The notes below the pieces were generated by a model that made no database searches, was not told where the DNA came from, and was given only the letters and a program-made list of their open reading frames with translations. A stretch of 64,000 nucleotides of DNA from the human T2T-CHM13v2.0 reference genome, Homo sapiens: assembly GCF_009914755.1 (NCBI RefSeq), contig NC_060926.1, one strand, 5' to 3'. Shown here one piece after another: positions 44,630-57,495 of this stretch. Positions within the stretch are counted from its first letter, which is position 1. Every line of letters starts with the position of its first letter. The position numbers and the translations under genes are program-made.

Positions 44630-45340
44630 GTTTTCTGACTATAAATTTATAAACTATAGTAGAAAATGTAGGAAGATATAGGAAACCACACAGAAGAATA
44701 TAAAGATTTCTTGAATCCCACAGCCTAGAATAACTGCTATTAATGTATACAGTCTTTAAACATATATTTGTACAGATGCAACTATAACGATATGTTTACA
44801 AAACTGGAATAATAGCATATTACTTGTTAATAACCTGATAATTTTTCACTTAACAGTAAGCTGGAAGCAGATATCTATGTTATTAAACTTTTATATAAAA
44901 TTATCTTTAGAAACATAAAATTAACTATGTACCAATATTTATTTAGTCAATACTCTAGTATTATCATTTTGTTTGTTTCTAGTCTTTAAACTATTTTAAA
45001 CAATTCCAGGAAGAATATACTTACAGAAAAAGAAAGATATCAACCCTTGTGATGGTTTTCTAAGAATAAATTAATGAAAAGTCTCAAAGAATATGTATTA
45101 TTAATTTTTTTCTAAAACAGTTTTAACAGTCTAATACATTCTAGCTGTTATAGAAAATGGTTTATGTCTCTACTGTTGCTGAGAGCAGCTATTGTGAAGA
45201 CTTTTACACACTTACCATTTTAATAGATTAAATAATTTATCTCAATTTTATTTAACTGCAGGTCTTTATTAAGTGGAAACTTTTCCAATATAGTCATTGG
45301 CCATCTGTACATAAGTGATCTTTCACTTTTTTATCATGTC
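44630..45340 (-). mobile_element. Very old L1ME-like 3' region
   Basis: aataactgctattaatg...tttttcacttaacagta...ttgtttctagtcttt...tatctcaattttatttaactgca...cattggccatctgtac. Confidence 0.5.
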
Positions 45341-45344
45341 CACT

Positions 45345-46310
45345 TATTCATTCACATATTCATTCGTTTAATATATACCTACTGTGCTCTAGGCAGCATC
45401 ATTCCAGTCCCTGGAATTAAAGTGGTGAAGAAGACAATTGACTTCTGCTTGCACAAGGTAAACATACTCCTAAAGTCAGACAGATAATAAACAGAACATC
45501 AAAAATAAACAAGTTAGTTTCAAGCCATGTGTATTAGTTTCCTGGGGCTTCCGTAACAAATTACCACAAACTGGGTGGCTCAAAACAACAGAAATTTATT
45601 CCGTCACGGTTCTGATGGTCAGAAGTCTGAAATCAAGGTGTCAGCAGGACTGTGCTCTCTTCGCTGGCTCTAGGGGAGAATCTTTCCTCGCCTATTCCTG
45701 CATCTAGTGGTCCCAGGCATTGCTTGGCTGTGGCCTCATGACTCTAATCTCTTGTTTTTATGTCTCTGTTCTCTGTTTGTATCCTGCATGTCTCTGTGTC
45801 TAAATATCTCTCTTCTTTTTCTTATGAAGACGCCTGTCACTGGATTTAGGGCCTACCCTAGTATAGTACTACCTCATTTTAACTTGATTATACCTGCAAA
45901 TACCTTATTTTCAGTCAAGTATGGTTACATTAATAGGTACTGGGGCTTAGAACCAGAACGTATCTTTTTTTCTGGGGGAGAAGACACAAGTCAGTTGACT
46001 ACACAGTGATAAAACACTAGGAGAAAAACACAGGTTTGAATTTCAAATTCCATAATAGTTAGTGACCAGGGATGGATTAGTAGGCCTACTTAGATGCAGT
46101 GACCAGGAAAGACCTGTCTGGAAAGGTAACCACTGAGCTAAGATTTGAATGATGGGCAGGAGCCAGTAATATAGGGACATCGGGGAGGAAAGCTCTAAGC
46201 AACAAAACGCAGCTGGTGCAAAGTCCCCAAAAGGTAGAGTGTTATAAGATAGGGAGGGGCTGGCTCATACAGGACTTTATGGATCACAATAAAGAGCTTA
46301 CAATCAACCA
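45345..46310 (-). mobile_element. L2 split by an MLT1 LTR
   Basis: ttattcattcacatattcattcgtttaatatatacctactgtgctctaggcagc... resumes after 46004 with gaccaggaaagacctgtctggaaaggtaaccactgagctaagatttgaatga. Confidence 0.7.
45530..46003 (-). mobile_element. MaLR solo LTR, MLT1C/MLT1B-like
   Basis: tgtattagtttcctggggcttccgtaacaaattaccacaaactgggtggctcaaaacaacagaaatttatt...ggctctaggggagaatc...ggatttagggcctaccc...actaca. Confidence 0.88.
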
Positions 46311-46653
46311 GGAAATAAAACAATTTTTTATAATAACTATTATCAAATAGTTGGCATATGCCAGGCAATACTGAAACAAGTTTTGCATGCTTTAACTTAT
46401 CTAACACACACAGAAAAAGGAAAGTCATTTTATTACTCTCTCCTAAAACTGATAAAGTATCAGAAATTCTAAGTAACTTTTTATGTTATAGAGACAATTA
46501 GGTACATTTCTAATTGACTCTGAAGTGTTCTTTTTTATTAAGTATGTTAACATTTTTCTTCAAAAGTGTACCAGCTTTTAATTAATCTTTGGAGATTACT
46601 TACTTTTTGAAGATTTTTTACTAACAGGTATTTAATATGGTCCTATCCATTGA

Positions 46654-46992
<339 letters not shown>

Positions 46993-49117
46993 GTGCTTAT
47001 CTATTTTTCTAAATCTCTATGTATCTGTGATTTTATTTTAGTGCCCTGCATTACCTTGTGTGATTAGAATAAAAATAAAAACTTGACTGTCAGGGATTAA
47101 AATAAATGATGGCTTTTATAATAGTCATGCTTTTTTTCTTTCCTTTTTAAAAAGTTTATTGTATATGTACAGTACTTATTGCATTCATGTAAAAATATTT
47201 TTAAATAGAATACATTTTTGTTCTTCTGACTACAACAGAGAAGACTTGTATTATGATGAAGGCCTTCTTTCTGGTAACATTTGCCCTAAGCCACTGCACA
47301 CAGTTGCCCCTAAACCTAAATCCAGGGTAGTAATAATCATTTTCTGCACCAGGGCATGGTATAATCGTTAGTCCTTGACTTTTCAAATGACTGAGCATTA
47401 ATGTGACTTTGTAATAATCTTCTCTACTAGACTCCTGCAATGCCACATTTCTTTCACAGAGGGAAAGTTGGTGGGAGTCCTGTTAAAAATATTTCAATAT
47501 TCTGACATACATGAAAACATAGCTTCTAATGTACTTATGATTTCTCATCAAAATGACAATTTCACAAAAATTTCACTTAATTTTCAAAGTTAAACTTTCA
47601 TTATAATTGTCATTGACTTCAATCAATGATCTTGTTTGTTTTCCAAATCAATCATTAACTAATTTTCAAGAATGTCAGACCTCTTGGTTATAAATTCTTA
47701 GTCAAATTGATAGGCCTTCTCACAAAATCAAATATCAGATAATATGAGAAAGAAGGACCAATGAAATATGACATAGTTTAATTGGTTTGGTGACTGATTT
47801 GGCAGAAAATTGTTGTTAAAAATTTGGATGCTATAAATTATTTTGAAATATCTGGCAATATGTAAACTATTCACACAAAATAGTGAAACGCATGATCATG
47901 GGTCAATAAGAACATTAAAAAGCACAGCCCTTCAAAACAGAAACTGACATGCTGTCTTCAGATAGCTGATTTTTAGTCACTTATCCATGACAAATTAGCT
48001 GTATTTCAGTTTGGTAGATTTTAAGCACAGTATAAACTCCTGCCTAAAAAGAAAAAAAAAAAAAAGAAAAGGATGAAGTTATCATTGGTATAAAACTCTG
48101 TACAAAAATCTTATAGAGAAACAAGAAATCCTACCAATTTTCACACAAAGATGCAACTCTGTTTAAGCAGCTACACTAGATCCATTTATATAATTGTAAA
48201 ATTTGAATGGTTCACTTTAAGTTAGAGATTCTGAAAACTAAGCTCAGAAACTTAGAGGAGCTTAGTTATTCATATTATGCTGTTGTGGTTCTATTTTTTT
48301 TTCCCTAAATAGTAACAGTACACACAAATTCCTCAAAACATAAATAAAAATCCCCCTTTATATTCACCAATATACAGAATGAGATTAAATGATTTGTTTT
48401 TGTATTGTTTATCCCTATTCTTTTTCCTGATTAGAACAGTTTAGAAACAGTAACCTTTTTTTTTTTTTCATTTCTTTTTTTTTTCTTCTTCTTCTTCTTC
48501 TATGCCATCTGGGTAGGCAAACCCAATTAGCACATGTTGAAAGCTAGCAACACCTTTTCCAACATTTCAGAGTTTTGGCAAGCTTTAAAAGTTACTATGT
48601 CACATAAAAGCTCATTTGGCACATTACAAGGATTTGCAGTATGAATTTATCATATGGAATGATCATTTTCCAAGTGCATTGAGAACATACAGCACAATTG
48701 GATTTGGAAAGATCAGTTGAAATAAACTACATCACCATGGTTCTAGGATCAATCCATTCAATCTCTTTAATGGAGTTCTTCACCTTCTTTACTCATGCAA
48801 TAGAGAAAAGAGCATGGTCCAGAAAAACCCTGGCCTTGGTCTGAAATGGTTTTAATTCTGGCATTATATCACCTTACTAAAGGAATCTTGGAAAAGATGA
48901 GAATGAAGTCTCCAAGTTTATACTACAGGATTTATGAAATTCCCCAATTTCCATGTCTTTGTCATTATGCTAATGCTTTCCGAGGCTGCTCCGAACTCAG
49001 TAATCATTGCTTTCCTCAATGATCATATACCTGACACTGGCTGGCAATTGTCCACTAGTTTCTCCCTTCTACTTCAGTAACATGCATTAGAGACATTCTC
49101 TGGTGTATTATGCGTGT

Positions 49118-49648
49118 CTGTTGTAGTAGATATGCTATGTCGCCTTGTTTACCATTTGTTTCAAACTTCTTTACAGGGATCTTCCTTCCTTGCAGGGGCT
49201 GACAGTGAAACATTACATTTCCCAGACACCCTTGCACCTGGGGTTCCAGATGTAATTTAGGGCCCATCATTTAGATGCACTTGCCTGAGCATCGAATCTG
49301 TAATTAAGCTAAGTAGGGAGACAGGCAATAGCCCTTAAAACATTTTGCTGCTGCATATGAAGCAGCTGTAACAGAGCCCTGGGGCCAACAGTTTGGACAG
49401 TAGCTCCCTATCCCCAGATCTGGACCCCAGCAGCTGGGTCAGAGGCTACCCCCATTTTCAAGGTTCTGGATTTTAGCAGAATCATCCTTTCTTTCGGTGG
49501 GCCAGTTCTATGGAGTTTCTGTGTCAGATCCTTCCATGAATCTCAGCTACCCTTCCAGTGATTTGTGTGAACCTCTAATTCTCAGGATTAAATCTCTTCA
49601 TGTTTAAGAGAACTTGTTTTCCATATGCAACTGAATCCTGACTCATAC
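49118..49648 (+). mobile_element. ERVL solo LTR, LTR33-like
   Basis: acattacatttcccagacacccttgcacctggggttccagatgt; attaaa poly(A)-like signal; terminus tgcaactgaatcctgactcatac. Confidence 0.65.
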
Positions 49649-50246
49649 TATGTCCTTGATATTAAACTACATTTATAAAATGATTTAAGCTATGCCATAT
49701 ATTCTATCTCCTTCTTACACACACAGAGATGAAAACACGAGAAACCATTTTGGAATTAAAAATATCTCAGTGGCAGAAGAAGGTGGCTTATTCTAAGACT
49801 CAATTAGATCAGTTTAAAACTATTTTTAGGTTTCTATTAGTGTAAAGAACTATATTAAGGGCGTGAAACACATACTCTCATAAATACAAACCCAAATTTT
49901 AACTGCTCAATGCATATATGTGCTTAGAGGCTCCACCGTAAAAGAGCCTTCTACCCCAAATCTAAATCCAACATCTTGCTAAAAATCAAAACTGACACTG
50001 AAAGTAATATTACCATTTTTTATTTATAGTCATGTTTTTCTTACTTTTAAATCATCTCTAATACTTACACAGTCTCTGCATCATCAGCGTATTTCATCAA
50101 AGGAACCATGATCTTTCTGACTGCTGTCATCATTCTCATTCCGGCTCTTGTTACTTCATACTGGTGTACGGTAATGACCTGCTAATGTTTGTTACTGGGG
50201 CAGAAGATATTTTAGATAGAGAGAATATCATATAAGGGGCCTTTAG

Positions 50247-50571
50247 ATGTCCTTTGTAGGGACATGGATGAAATTGGAAATCATCGTTCTCAGTAAACTA
50301 TCGCAAGAACAAAAAACCAAACACCGCATATTCTCACTCATAGGTGGGAATTGAACAATGAGATCACATGGACACATGAAGGGGAATATCACACTCTGGG
50401 GACTGTGGTGGGGTGGGGGGAGTGGGGAGGGATAGCATTGGGAGATATACCTAAGGCTAGATGACGAGTTAGTGGGTGCAGCGCACCAGCATGGCACATG
50501 TATACATATGTAACTAACCTGCACATTGTGCACATGTACCCTAAAACTTAAAGTATAATAATAAAAAAAAA
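50247..50571 (+). mobile_element. 5'-truncated young L1 3' end, L1PA2-like
   Basis: gagatcacatggacac, ggggaatatcacac, gctagatgacgagttagtgggtgcagcgcacc (GAG, not ACA), aataaaa plus short A tail. Confidence 0.93.
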
Positions 50572-52719
50572 GAAAGATCAAGGTGCCCTACAGGAACATA
50601 TGTAATATCAGGTTTTCTCCATAACCTCCGCCTATGATACCATCAAGCCAGTTTTAAGCCTTCACTAATGAGATACGCTATTGATCACCTTTTCTCTTTC
50701 AAACATTCATAATCTTGAACTCTTATGTAATTCTAACATTTCTCACATATTTTTGTTTTCCTAATTACATTATTAGCTGGGGCTCCAGCTTTTGCCAGGG
50801 TGCCAAGGCTTATGTTCCGTGCTTTGTTGTATATCACACTGTTGGTATCTTAAAAAATGTTTTGATTGATCTAGTCTCACATTTAGTATTTTACAATGAG
50901 TCATTTTCTTGAATACCTGTAATACTCTTAAGTTCCCAAATAATTTCTTATGCCCTTATCTCTGCCTCTCTGTGTTTTTATTGATTTTGTTTTATTTTTT
51001 GTGCATTGTTAAAATAAAACTGTTATTTTTGTTACAAATACACAACTTGTTACTCAGAGCTTTTGCTACCAGAATTGAAATCTGTCCAGTGTTACAAAAG
51101 TAGCTATTTCTGAAGGGTCGCTTAGTGACAAAAATTCTGATTTACTGATAGTGAAAGTCATCTGTAGAATTATTACCTTGTTAGAAGTGACCATAGGCCA
51201 TACTGAATGGTTTCAGCTTATCATGAACACATATCAGGCTGTCCCAACATAATCTTTGAAGCAGCTGACCCACCTCAAGTGTCCTAATAAAGATTGTTTT
51301 AAAAATAAATGAGATGAAGATCCATGGAAGCACAGTGCTTTCAGTAGAGAAAATGTTGTAGTGTTTCTTAAAAATAGATTAGAAACAATAAAGGTTCAGT
51401 ATTTTTAAGCAAATATCATTTCCCATTTTTTACTGTATTGTCTTGTAAGGTTATTCATAAATACTGTAGTTATTATTCACTGTTGGAACTTAAACTATTG
51501 CAGTGTCCTGTATCGGCTACATTGCTCTGAAAAGGCACATTTGTAGGCAACTCTGTTGTATGAAACTTACTTAAATGTTTGGCTGGCGGTAGCCAGCTGT
51601 TGGCTGAAATGACTTACCCATTCCATTAGTGGAATAAATGGTTGAGAATGTCAACAAGGCTATTGTCTTCCAAAGAGTCCTTGTTTTTGTACACATCTTG
51701 CAAATACTTACGTAATATGGAACCTTTTCAAAAGGCTCCATCCAATAAAAGAAGAAAACCAAAAATTTGGTCTCCCAAACTGAATGAAAATGTGTTCATT
51801 CCTCCCACTTCAGGGAAGTGTCAAAAAAGACTGTCAGTTTCATAATTATGCCTCTTGAGCAGATGGGTGGTAAGACATTCTGTGGCATTTGAGAGGAAAA
51901 TAATTTTAAAACCCTAAAAATAATAATAAAGGAACTTCTAAATAAAGTGCATGCTCCAACACACAAGTAAAGTATCTTAAAGCAGGAATGGGTTTTTAAA
52001 AACTGCTAGAGCCCCATTTGTTAGCTAGACCTTTCTATGTTTACAGTACACACACCATCAGGTTTTATAGCAGGTCATAATAAAAGACAACCCTGCAGAA
52101 TGTTCCAGAATAGCTACATAAGTTTGGAGACGATGAATTTATGTAGTATGAATCCACAGTTTGCTACCACTTTGAATCAACCACAGGAAATAGCTGATGC
52201 AGTGAACAAGGTTAAAATAACAATACGGAGCAGGGGCTGGGGGAGGGGCAGTTAATTCTCAACTTTTGTTTCATTAATTCCAAAAGAACAAGTAAAACAG
52301 AATACAGGGATGAAACTCACAGCTCAAATTCCTATTACAATCTGAAGGCTACGGCTACCTGGCTCTCTGAACTGCAGTCTGTTGATAGATGATAAATTCC
52401 ATTTCCTGAATCATCACACCTTTCACAACACAGTATTTTCCTGACAGTGCTTCTTTGGATCCACTGGGTAGGTAAACACCACAGATTTAGGTGTGAACAA
52501 TCTATCTGGAAAAGCATGACAAACAATATTGACAAGTCATTTGTTCCTTCTGTCTTTTGTGTCAAATTCAGAAAACCAAGGAAAAGGAAAGAAAAAAAGA
52601 TTTCAAAGCCCATATAAAATTTTTGGTTGAGTTAGCAACACAGCCACCTGAGTCCTGCAACTAACAGGATAGTTCTAATAAGCAGGTGGTCTTTGATTTT
52701 TAAACATAATACAGTAAAT

Positions 52720-53660
52720 TTTTTAAAAATTACACTAGTAATACAGGCTCATTGTAGAAGAAATTAGAAAGTAAAAATAAGCGAAAGATAAAATAAAATT
52801 GTTTATATTAATAATTCTGTTACCTAGAGGTCAGGACTATAAACATTTTGGTACTGGTTCTTCCTGATATTTTTTATACACACATGACTATATTTGCAAA
52901 AATATCATTTTTTACATACTAATTTGTAGGCTGCTTTTTCACATACATTACTTAACAACATGCAGAGTAATAGAATTCTATAATATTAATGGCTTTATAT
53001 TTTTATATGCATATATGATGCAGTGAATATATATAAAATAGTTCCTACATATATACAACTATAGATAGTTCATTGAATATTATATATACACATACATATA
53101 CATATATATGCACACATACGTAATACGTAGTTCTTACTACATTCCAGACAGCATTAGGTATTTAACTTACATGTTTTGTTTTGTTATTATAAATACTGCT
53201 GGGATAAAATGTTGTGTTATTATAAATACTGCCGGGATGAAATTGTTGCATATATAAATTTACATTTATTTTAGAAGTAAATTTCTTGAATAGTTAAAAT
53301 TGCTTTCTTACAATTTTTAAAAGTAGATTTGGTTGGTCAAAGATGCAGTTTTTAATTTTTTGACATATTTTAACCAAGTTTTCTTCCAGAAAAACTGTAC
53401 CAATTTAAGCTATCAACAGCAATTATGAGAATGCCCAATTCTCTTTACCTTTCTAAAGCTGAACTTAATCTTTTTTAACTTCTCTTATTTACATAGGAAA
53501 AATGTCATTCATAAATTTTCTTCTAATTTACACTCTTTGGTTTACTAGTAAGCCTGAACAACATTAATAATATTATTGGAAATTTCTACTTCTTATATCA
53601 TGAATCATTGTTCATGTTTTTCTTAGAATTTAGTTGTGCAAAGCAGAAATTACTAAAGCT
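52720..53660 (-). mobile_element. Very old L1ME-like 3' region with a (TA/CA)n patch
   Basis: taatacaggctcattgtagaag...ctataaacattttggta...ttttcttccagaaaaactgtaccaatttaagctatcaacagcaattatgagaatgccc. Confidence 0.65.
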
Positions 53661-53776
53661 CTTTTAAGCAATATATAAGGAATTATATGTGTGTGTATAT
53701 ACATATCTGTAGGACATTACATACTTATAAAATGAGTAGAAGACCTAGTAAAATGGACTGGAAACTGGACATGTAT

Positions 53777-54185
53777 AATATAGTGGATGCTATTGGTCAA
53801 ATGCCACATTTCCTTTACAAGTCGGTACACCATGTCCCAGTTGCTGTGAGTTGTAAGCTCACAGCTGCCTGTCTCCCTAGAATTTTCTTTGGCTGGATAA
53901 CAACCTCATCCTGGAAGTTAGACCATCCTTCTTCCCAGAGCTAACAGCCAATAACCAACCGACACGAGATACAAAAAGCCAGACTCCTTGCCTCAAGGTG
54001 GTGTAATTGAGGCTCCAGAACTTCCTGCAAAGATAAAAGTCACCTTCAGCACAGGTTACATCCGTGCTTAGACTCCTCCTTCTCCCATTCTCCTTCCTTA
54101 AGTAGTCTTTTCTTAAGAACATTCCTTCAAACAATCACCCAAATCCTCACCCAGCTTCTGCTTTTAGGGATCCTGAGAGAACACA
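53777..54185 (+). mobile_element. ERVL LTR, LTR16C-like (possibly followed by internal sequence to ~54600)
   Basis: tagtggatgctattgg...cagttgctgtgagt...aaaagccagactccttgcctcaaggtgg...aaatcctcacccagcttctgcttttagggatcc. Confidence 0.65.
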
Positions 54186-54611
54186 ATGACCCTGAGAATC
54201 ACACTGCAAAGCTGGCTCACCAGGGAGGCTGGTGAAACAATTTGAAAACTGGGGAGTCAGGAAAGCTACTGTCCCAGTGTAGCTCAAGTTCCAACACACA
54301 CGAGAATAGCATGTGCCCTGGACATCTTAATAAAGCTATGGAGTAGAAACTAGGGCCATCATGACGGCTGTTGCCAGAGAACCCATCACTTCCACAACTG
54401 AACTTGCCTGGATAAGCAGCAGGAACAGCAAAAGCCTGGCATGCATCCACCTTACTGGTCTCTTTTATTTTTTACTATACCATTCTCTTCATGAGATCTT
54501 GGGCCCCAACTGCTTAAGAGAGCCTGATGAAGGTGGTCTCTGGCTTTGAGACAGGCTGCAAGGATGTTGGAGGATGTGAGTGGCTATGTGTGCCACATTC
54601 ATGGGAAGTCC

Positions 54612-55036
54612 TGAGAGATGAGGCCAGCTGGACTTCCTGAGTCTAGTGGGGACTTGTGGAACTTTCCTGTCTTACAAGAGGATTGTAAAATGCACCAATC
54701 AGCGCTCTGCAAAATGCACCAATCAGGAGGATTCTAAAAGTAGCCAATCGCAGGAAGATTGAAAAAAGGGCACTCTGATAGGACAGAAATGGAACATAGG
54801 TGGGGACAATAAGGGAATAAAAGCTGGCCACTCCAGCCAGCGGTGCCAACCCGCTCGGGTCCCCTTCCATGTTGGGGAAGGTTTGTCCTTTCACTCTTCA
54901 GATAAACCTTGCTACCGCTCACTCTTTCGGTCCGTGCCATCTTTAAGAGCTGTAACACTCACCGCGAAAGACCGCAACTTCATTCTTGAAATCAGTAAGA
55001 CCACAAACCCACCAGTAGCAAGCAACTTTGGACATA
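54612..55036 (+). mobile_element. Solo ERV9-family LTR, LTR12F-like
   Basis: tgagagatgaggccagctggacttcctg..., tandem gcaccaatcag repeats, gggaataaaagctggcca, caacccgctcgggtccccttcca, taagagctgtaacactcaccgcgaa. 4-bp TSD gtcc (54608-54611, 55037-55040). Confidence 0.88.
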
Positions 55037-55149
55037 GTCCCTTTTTTCATTTTCTATGACAGGTTCCTTTCCCTTCTCAATCCTTCCCATAATTCTCAGC
55101 TTGCTGTTTGTGTCTTAATATTGCTTTTGATGATTTGTGACATTAAAAA

Positions 55150-55447
55150 ATTTTTTTTTTTCTTTTTGAGAGCTAGCTCTATAACCCATACTGGAGTGCA
55201 GTGGCACGATCTTGGCTCACTGAAATCTCCACCTACCTGCTTCAAGCAATTCTCCTGCCTCAGCCTCCAGAGTAGCTGGGACTACAGGTGCGCACCACCA
55301 AGCCCATCCAATTTTTCAAATATGTTTTGTAGAGATGAGGTTTTGCCATGTTGGCTGGGCCAGTCTCAAACTCCTGGCTTCAAGTGATCTGCCCGTCTCG
55401 GCCTCCCAAAGTGTTGGGATTACAGGCATGAGCTACTACGTCTGGCC
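55150..55447 (-). mobile_element. Older Alu (AluSz/Jb-like)
   Basis: Diverged full dimer ending tacgtctggcc. Degenerate TSD taaaaaatttt / tagaatatttt. Confidence 0.9.
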
Positions 55448-55459
55448 TAGAATATTTTT

Positions 55460-56250
55460 TTAATAACTACTTTTCCTTTATAGTTTATCTTTGGCATTAC
55501 CTCTGGAATGGCTTTCTCTATAAAGGTTATTAACAAAAACATTTCCTATGTTTTATTCTTATTCTTTTTTATTACATATATTAAATTATTTGAAATTTGG
55601 CATGCACAGTGAGAGTAAAAATTCCGTTTAATATATGTTTCCAATATAAGCAGCTAAATACATAGCACAGAATGTTGAATAATTAATTCTTTAAAGTCTA
55701 ACTTGATTATAATCCTTTTTGATATTTTAAGATTTCTGTTAAGTTTCATTGCCTGCCTGTCTGTGCTGTCACAAGTGCTGCATGGTTTAGATTTCTGTTG
55801 CTGTAGAATGCATTAAAATAGTGGGCAGTATAGAGCAATTTAAGTCATTCCTTTTCAAAGTTTACCTCAATATTCTTTGCGATGAACTCAAGAATCACTT
55901 TGACAAATCCTATAACAAATCCTTTGGGGAATTTTAAGTTCAACTGCATTAAATTTATGAATTAAATAAAAAAAGTTACACAATCCTGATACTTTTATTC
56001 GTGATTTTATTATTTATGAAGACTAAATTTGTTTTCATAATTTATTTGTTTGTTATTTAGTGGCCAATTGTGGATATTTTCTTCATGCAAGTACCAAAAC
56101 TGTTTTAGTTGTAAATTTTAATGGAGTAAATTATATTTCATTAATCTTTCTCTTTTAGATGGACTCCTGATATCTCCAGTTACTTTAGTATATGACTATT
56201 CTAGAAATAGGAAAATGTTTTTAATTTTTACTTATTTCTGTCTTATATTA
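55460..56250 (-). mobile_element. Very old L1 (L1ME-like) ORF2 fragment
   Basis: gcacagaatgttgaataa...gaactcaagaatcactttgacaaatcct...aactgcattaaatttatgaattaa. Confidence 0.5.
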
Positions 56251-56283
56251 TTATTCATTTATTTTTATTTACATGGGGAAAGT

Positions 56284-56320
56284 ATATGGGATGCTCCATG
56301 AATATGCCTGTCATCCTGGC
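56284..56320 (-). pseudogene. U6 snRNA 3'-end fragment
   Basis: tatgggatgctccatgaatatgcctgtcatcctggc matches the reverse complement of the U6 3' end (tatggaacgcttcacgaatttgcgtgtcatccttgc) at 29/36, ungapped. Confidence 0.65.
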
Positions 56321-56354
56321 AGTTTATAATCTGCTGCCTCTCCACATGAACATC

Positions 56355-57412
56355 TGAATTAGTCTGTCACTATCCACAAAATAACTTGTTGGGATCTTTA
56401 CTGACATTGCACTGAATTTATAGATTAAGATGGAAAGCGTCTTGACAATATTATGTCCTCTTATCTGTGAACATGAAATATATCTCCATTTATTTAGTTA
56501 TTTGGTTTCTCTTTTCAGTTTTGTATTATTACTCGTATATATCTTGTATATATTTTATTAGGTGTATACCTAAGTATTTCATTTGGGAGAAAATTAATGT
56601 GAATGCTATTGTGTTTGTAATTGCAAGTTCCACATATTCATTGCTGGTGTAAATAGGAAGGTGATTGACTTTTGTATATTAACCTTGTATCAGGCAACCT
56701 TGTAATAATCACTTACTAGTTTCAGGAGTTTTTTTTTTTTTTTTGATAATTCTTTCGGATTTACTATACAAATCACGTCATCTGTGAATAGTCTTATTCC
56801 TTGCTTCCCAATCTGATACCATATCTTTTTTGTGTGTTATTGTACTAGTTAAGACTTCCAGTATGATGTTGGATACAATGGTGAGAGAGGACATCTTCCC
56901 TGTTTCCTGGTCTTAGTGGTAAAGCTTCGAGTTAATCACCATTAGATATGATATTAGATATAGGTATTTTGAAGATATTCTTTGTCAAGTTAAGGTTGTT
57001 TTCTATTCCTAGTTTACTGAGTGTTTTGTCATGAACATGAACATGTATTGGATTTTGTCAAACATTTTTTTCTATTTTATAATCCTGTAATTTTTCTTTA
57101 GTCTGTTGATGTTATTACATTAATTAGTTTTCAATATTGAACTAGCCTTGCGTACTTGGAATAAATCTCACTTGTCTTGGTGTATAATTATCTTCACACA
57201 TCGTTGAATTTTATTTGCTAATATTTTCTTGGAAGTTTTTGCATCTAATTTCATGAAAAATATTAATCTGTAGTCTTTTCTTGTAGTTTTCTTTGTCTAT
57301 TTTTGGTAGTAGGATAATGGTATCATATACTTATTTAGGGGGTATTCCCTCTGCTTCTTTCTACTGAAAGAGATTGTGGAGAATTAGTATAGTTTCTTCC
57401 TTAAATGTTTGG
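56355..57412 (-). mobile_element. L1MC/L1M4-like ORF2 (RT region) fragment
   Basis: Colinear with 28760-29765 (ataacttgttg...gattgactttt gtata...agacttccagtatgatgttg...gagagaggacatctt...). Confidence 0.8.
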
Positions 57413-57414
57413 TC

Positions 57415-57495
57415 TTTAACTAAATTATATCTGCAAAATCTTTTTGTCATGTAAAGTAACATATTCGCAGGTTCCAGAAATTAGGATGTTGACAA
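57415..57495 (-). mobile_element. MLT1 LTR fragment
   Basis: taattatatctgcaaaatctttttgtcatgtaaagtaacatattcgcaggttccagaaattaggatgttgaca-like MLT1 motif. Confidence 0.55.

Noticed and set aside
50398-50431. G-quadruplex-forming G tracts (also the complement at ~21343-21375)
   Set aside because: Standard feature of the L1 3'UTR, not locus-specific.
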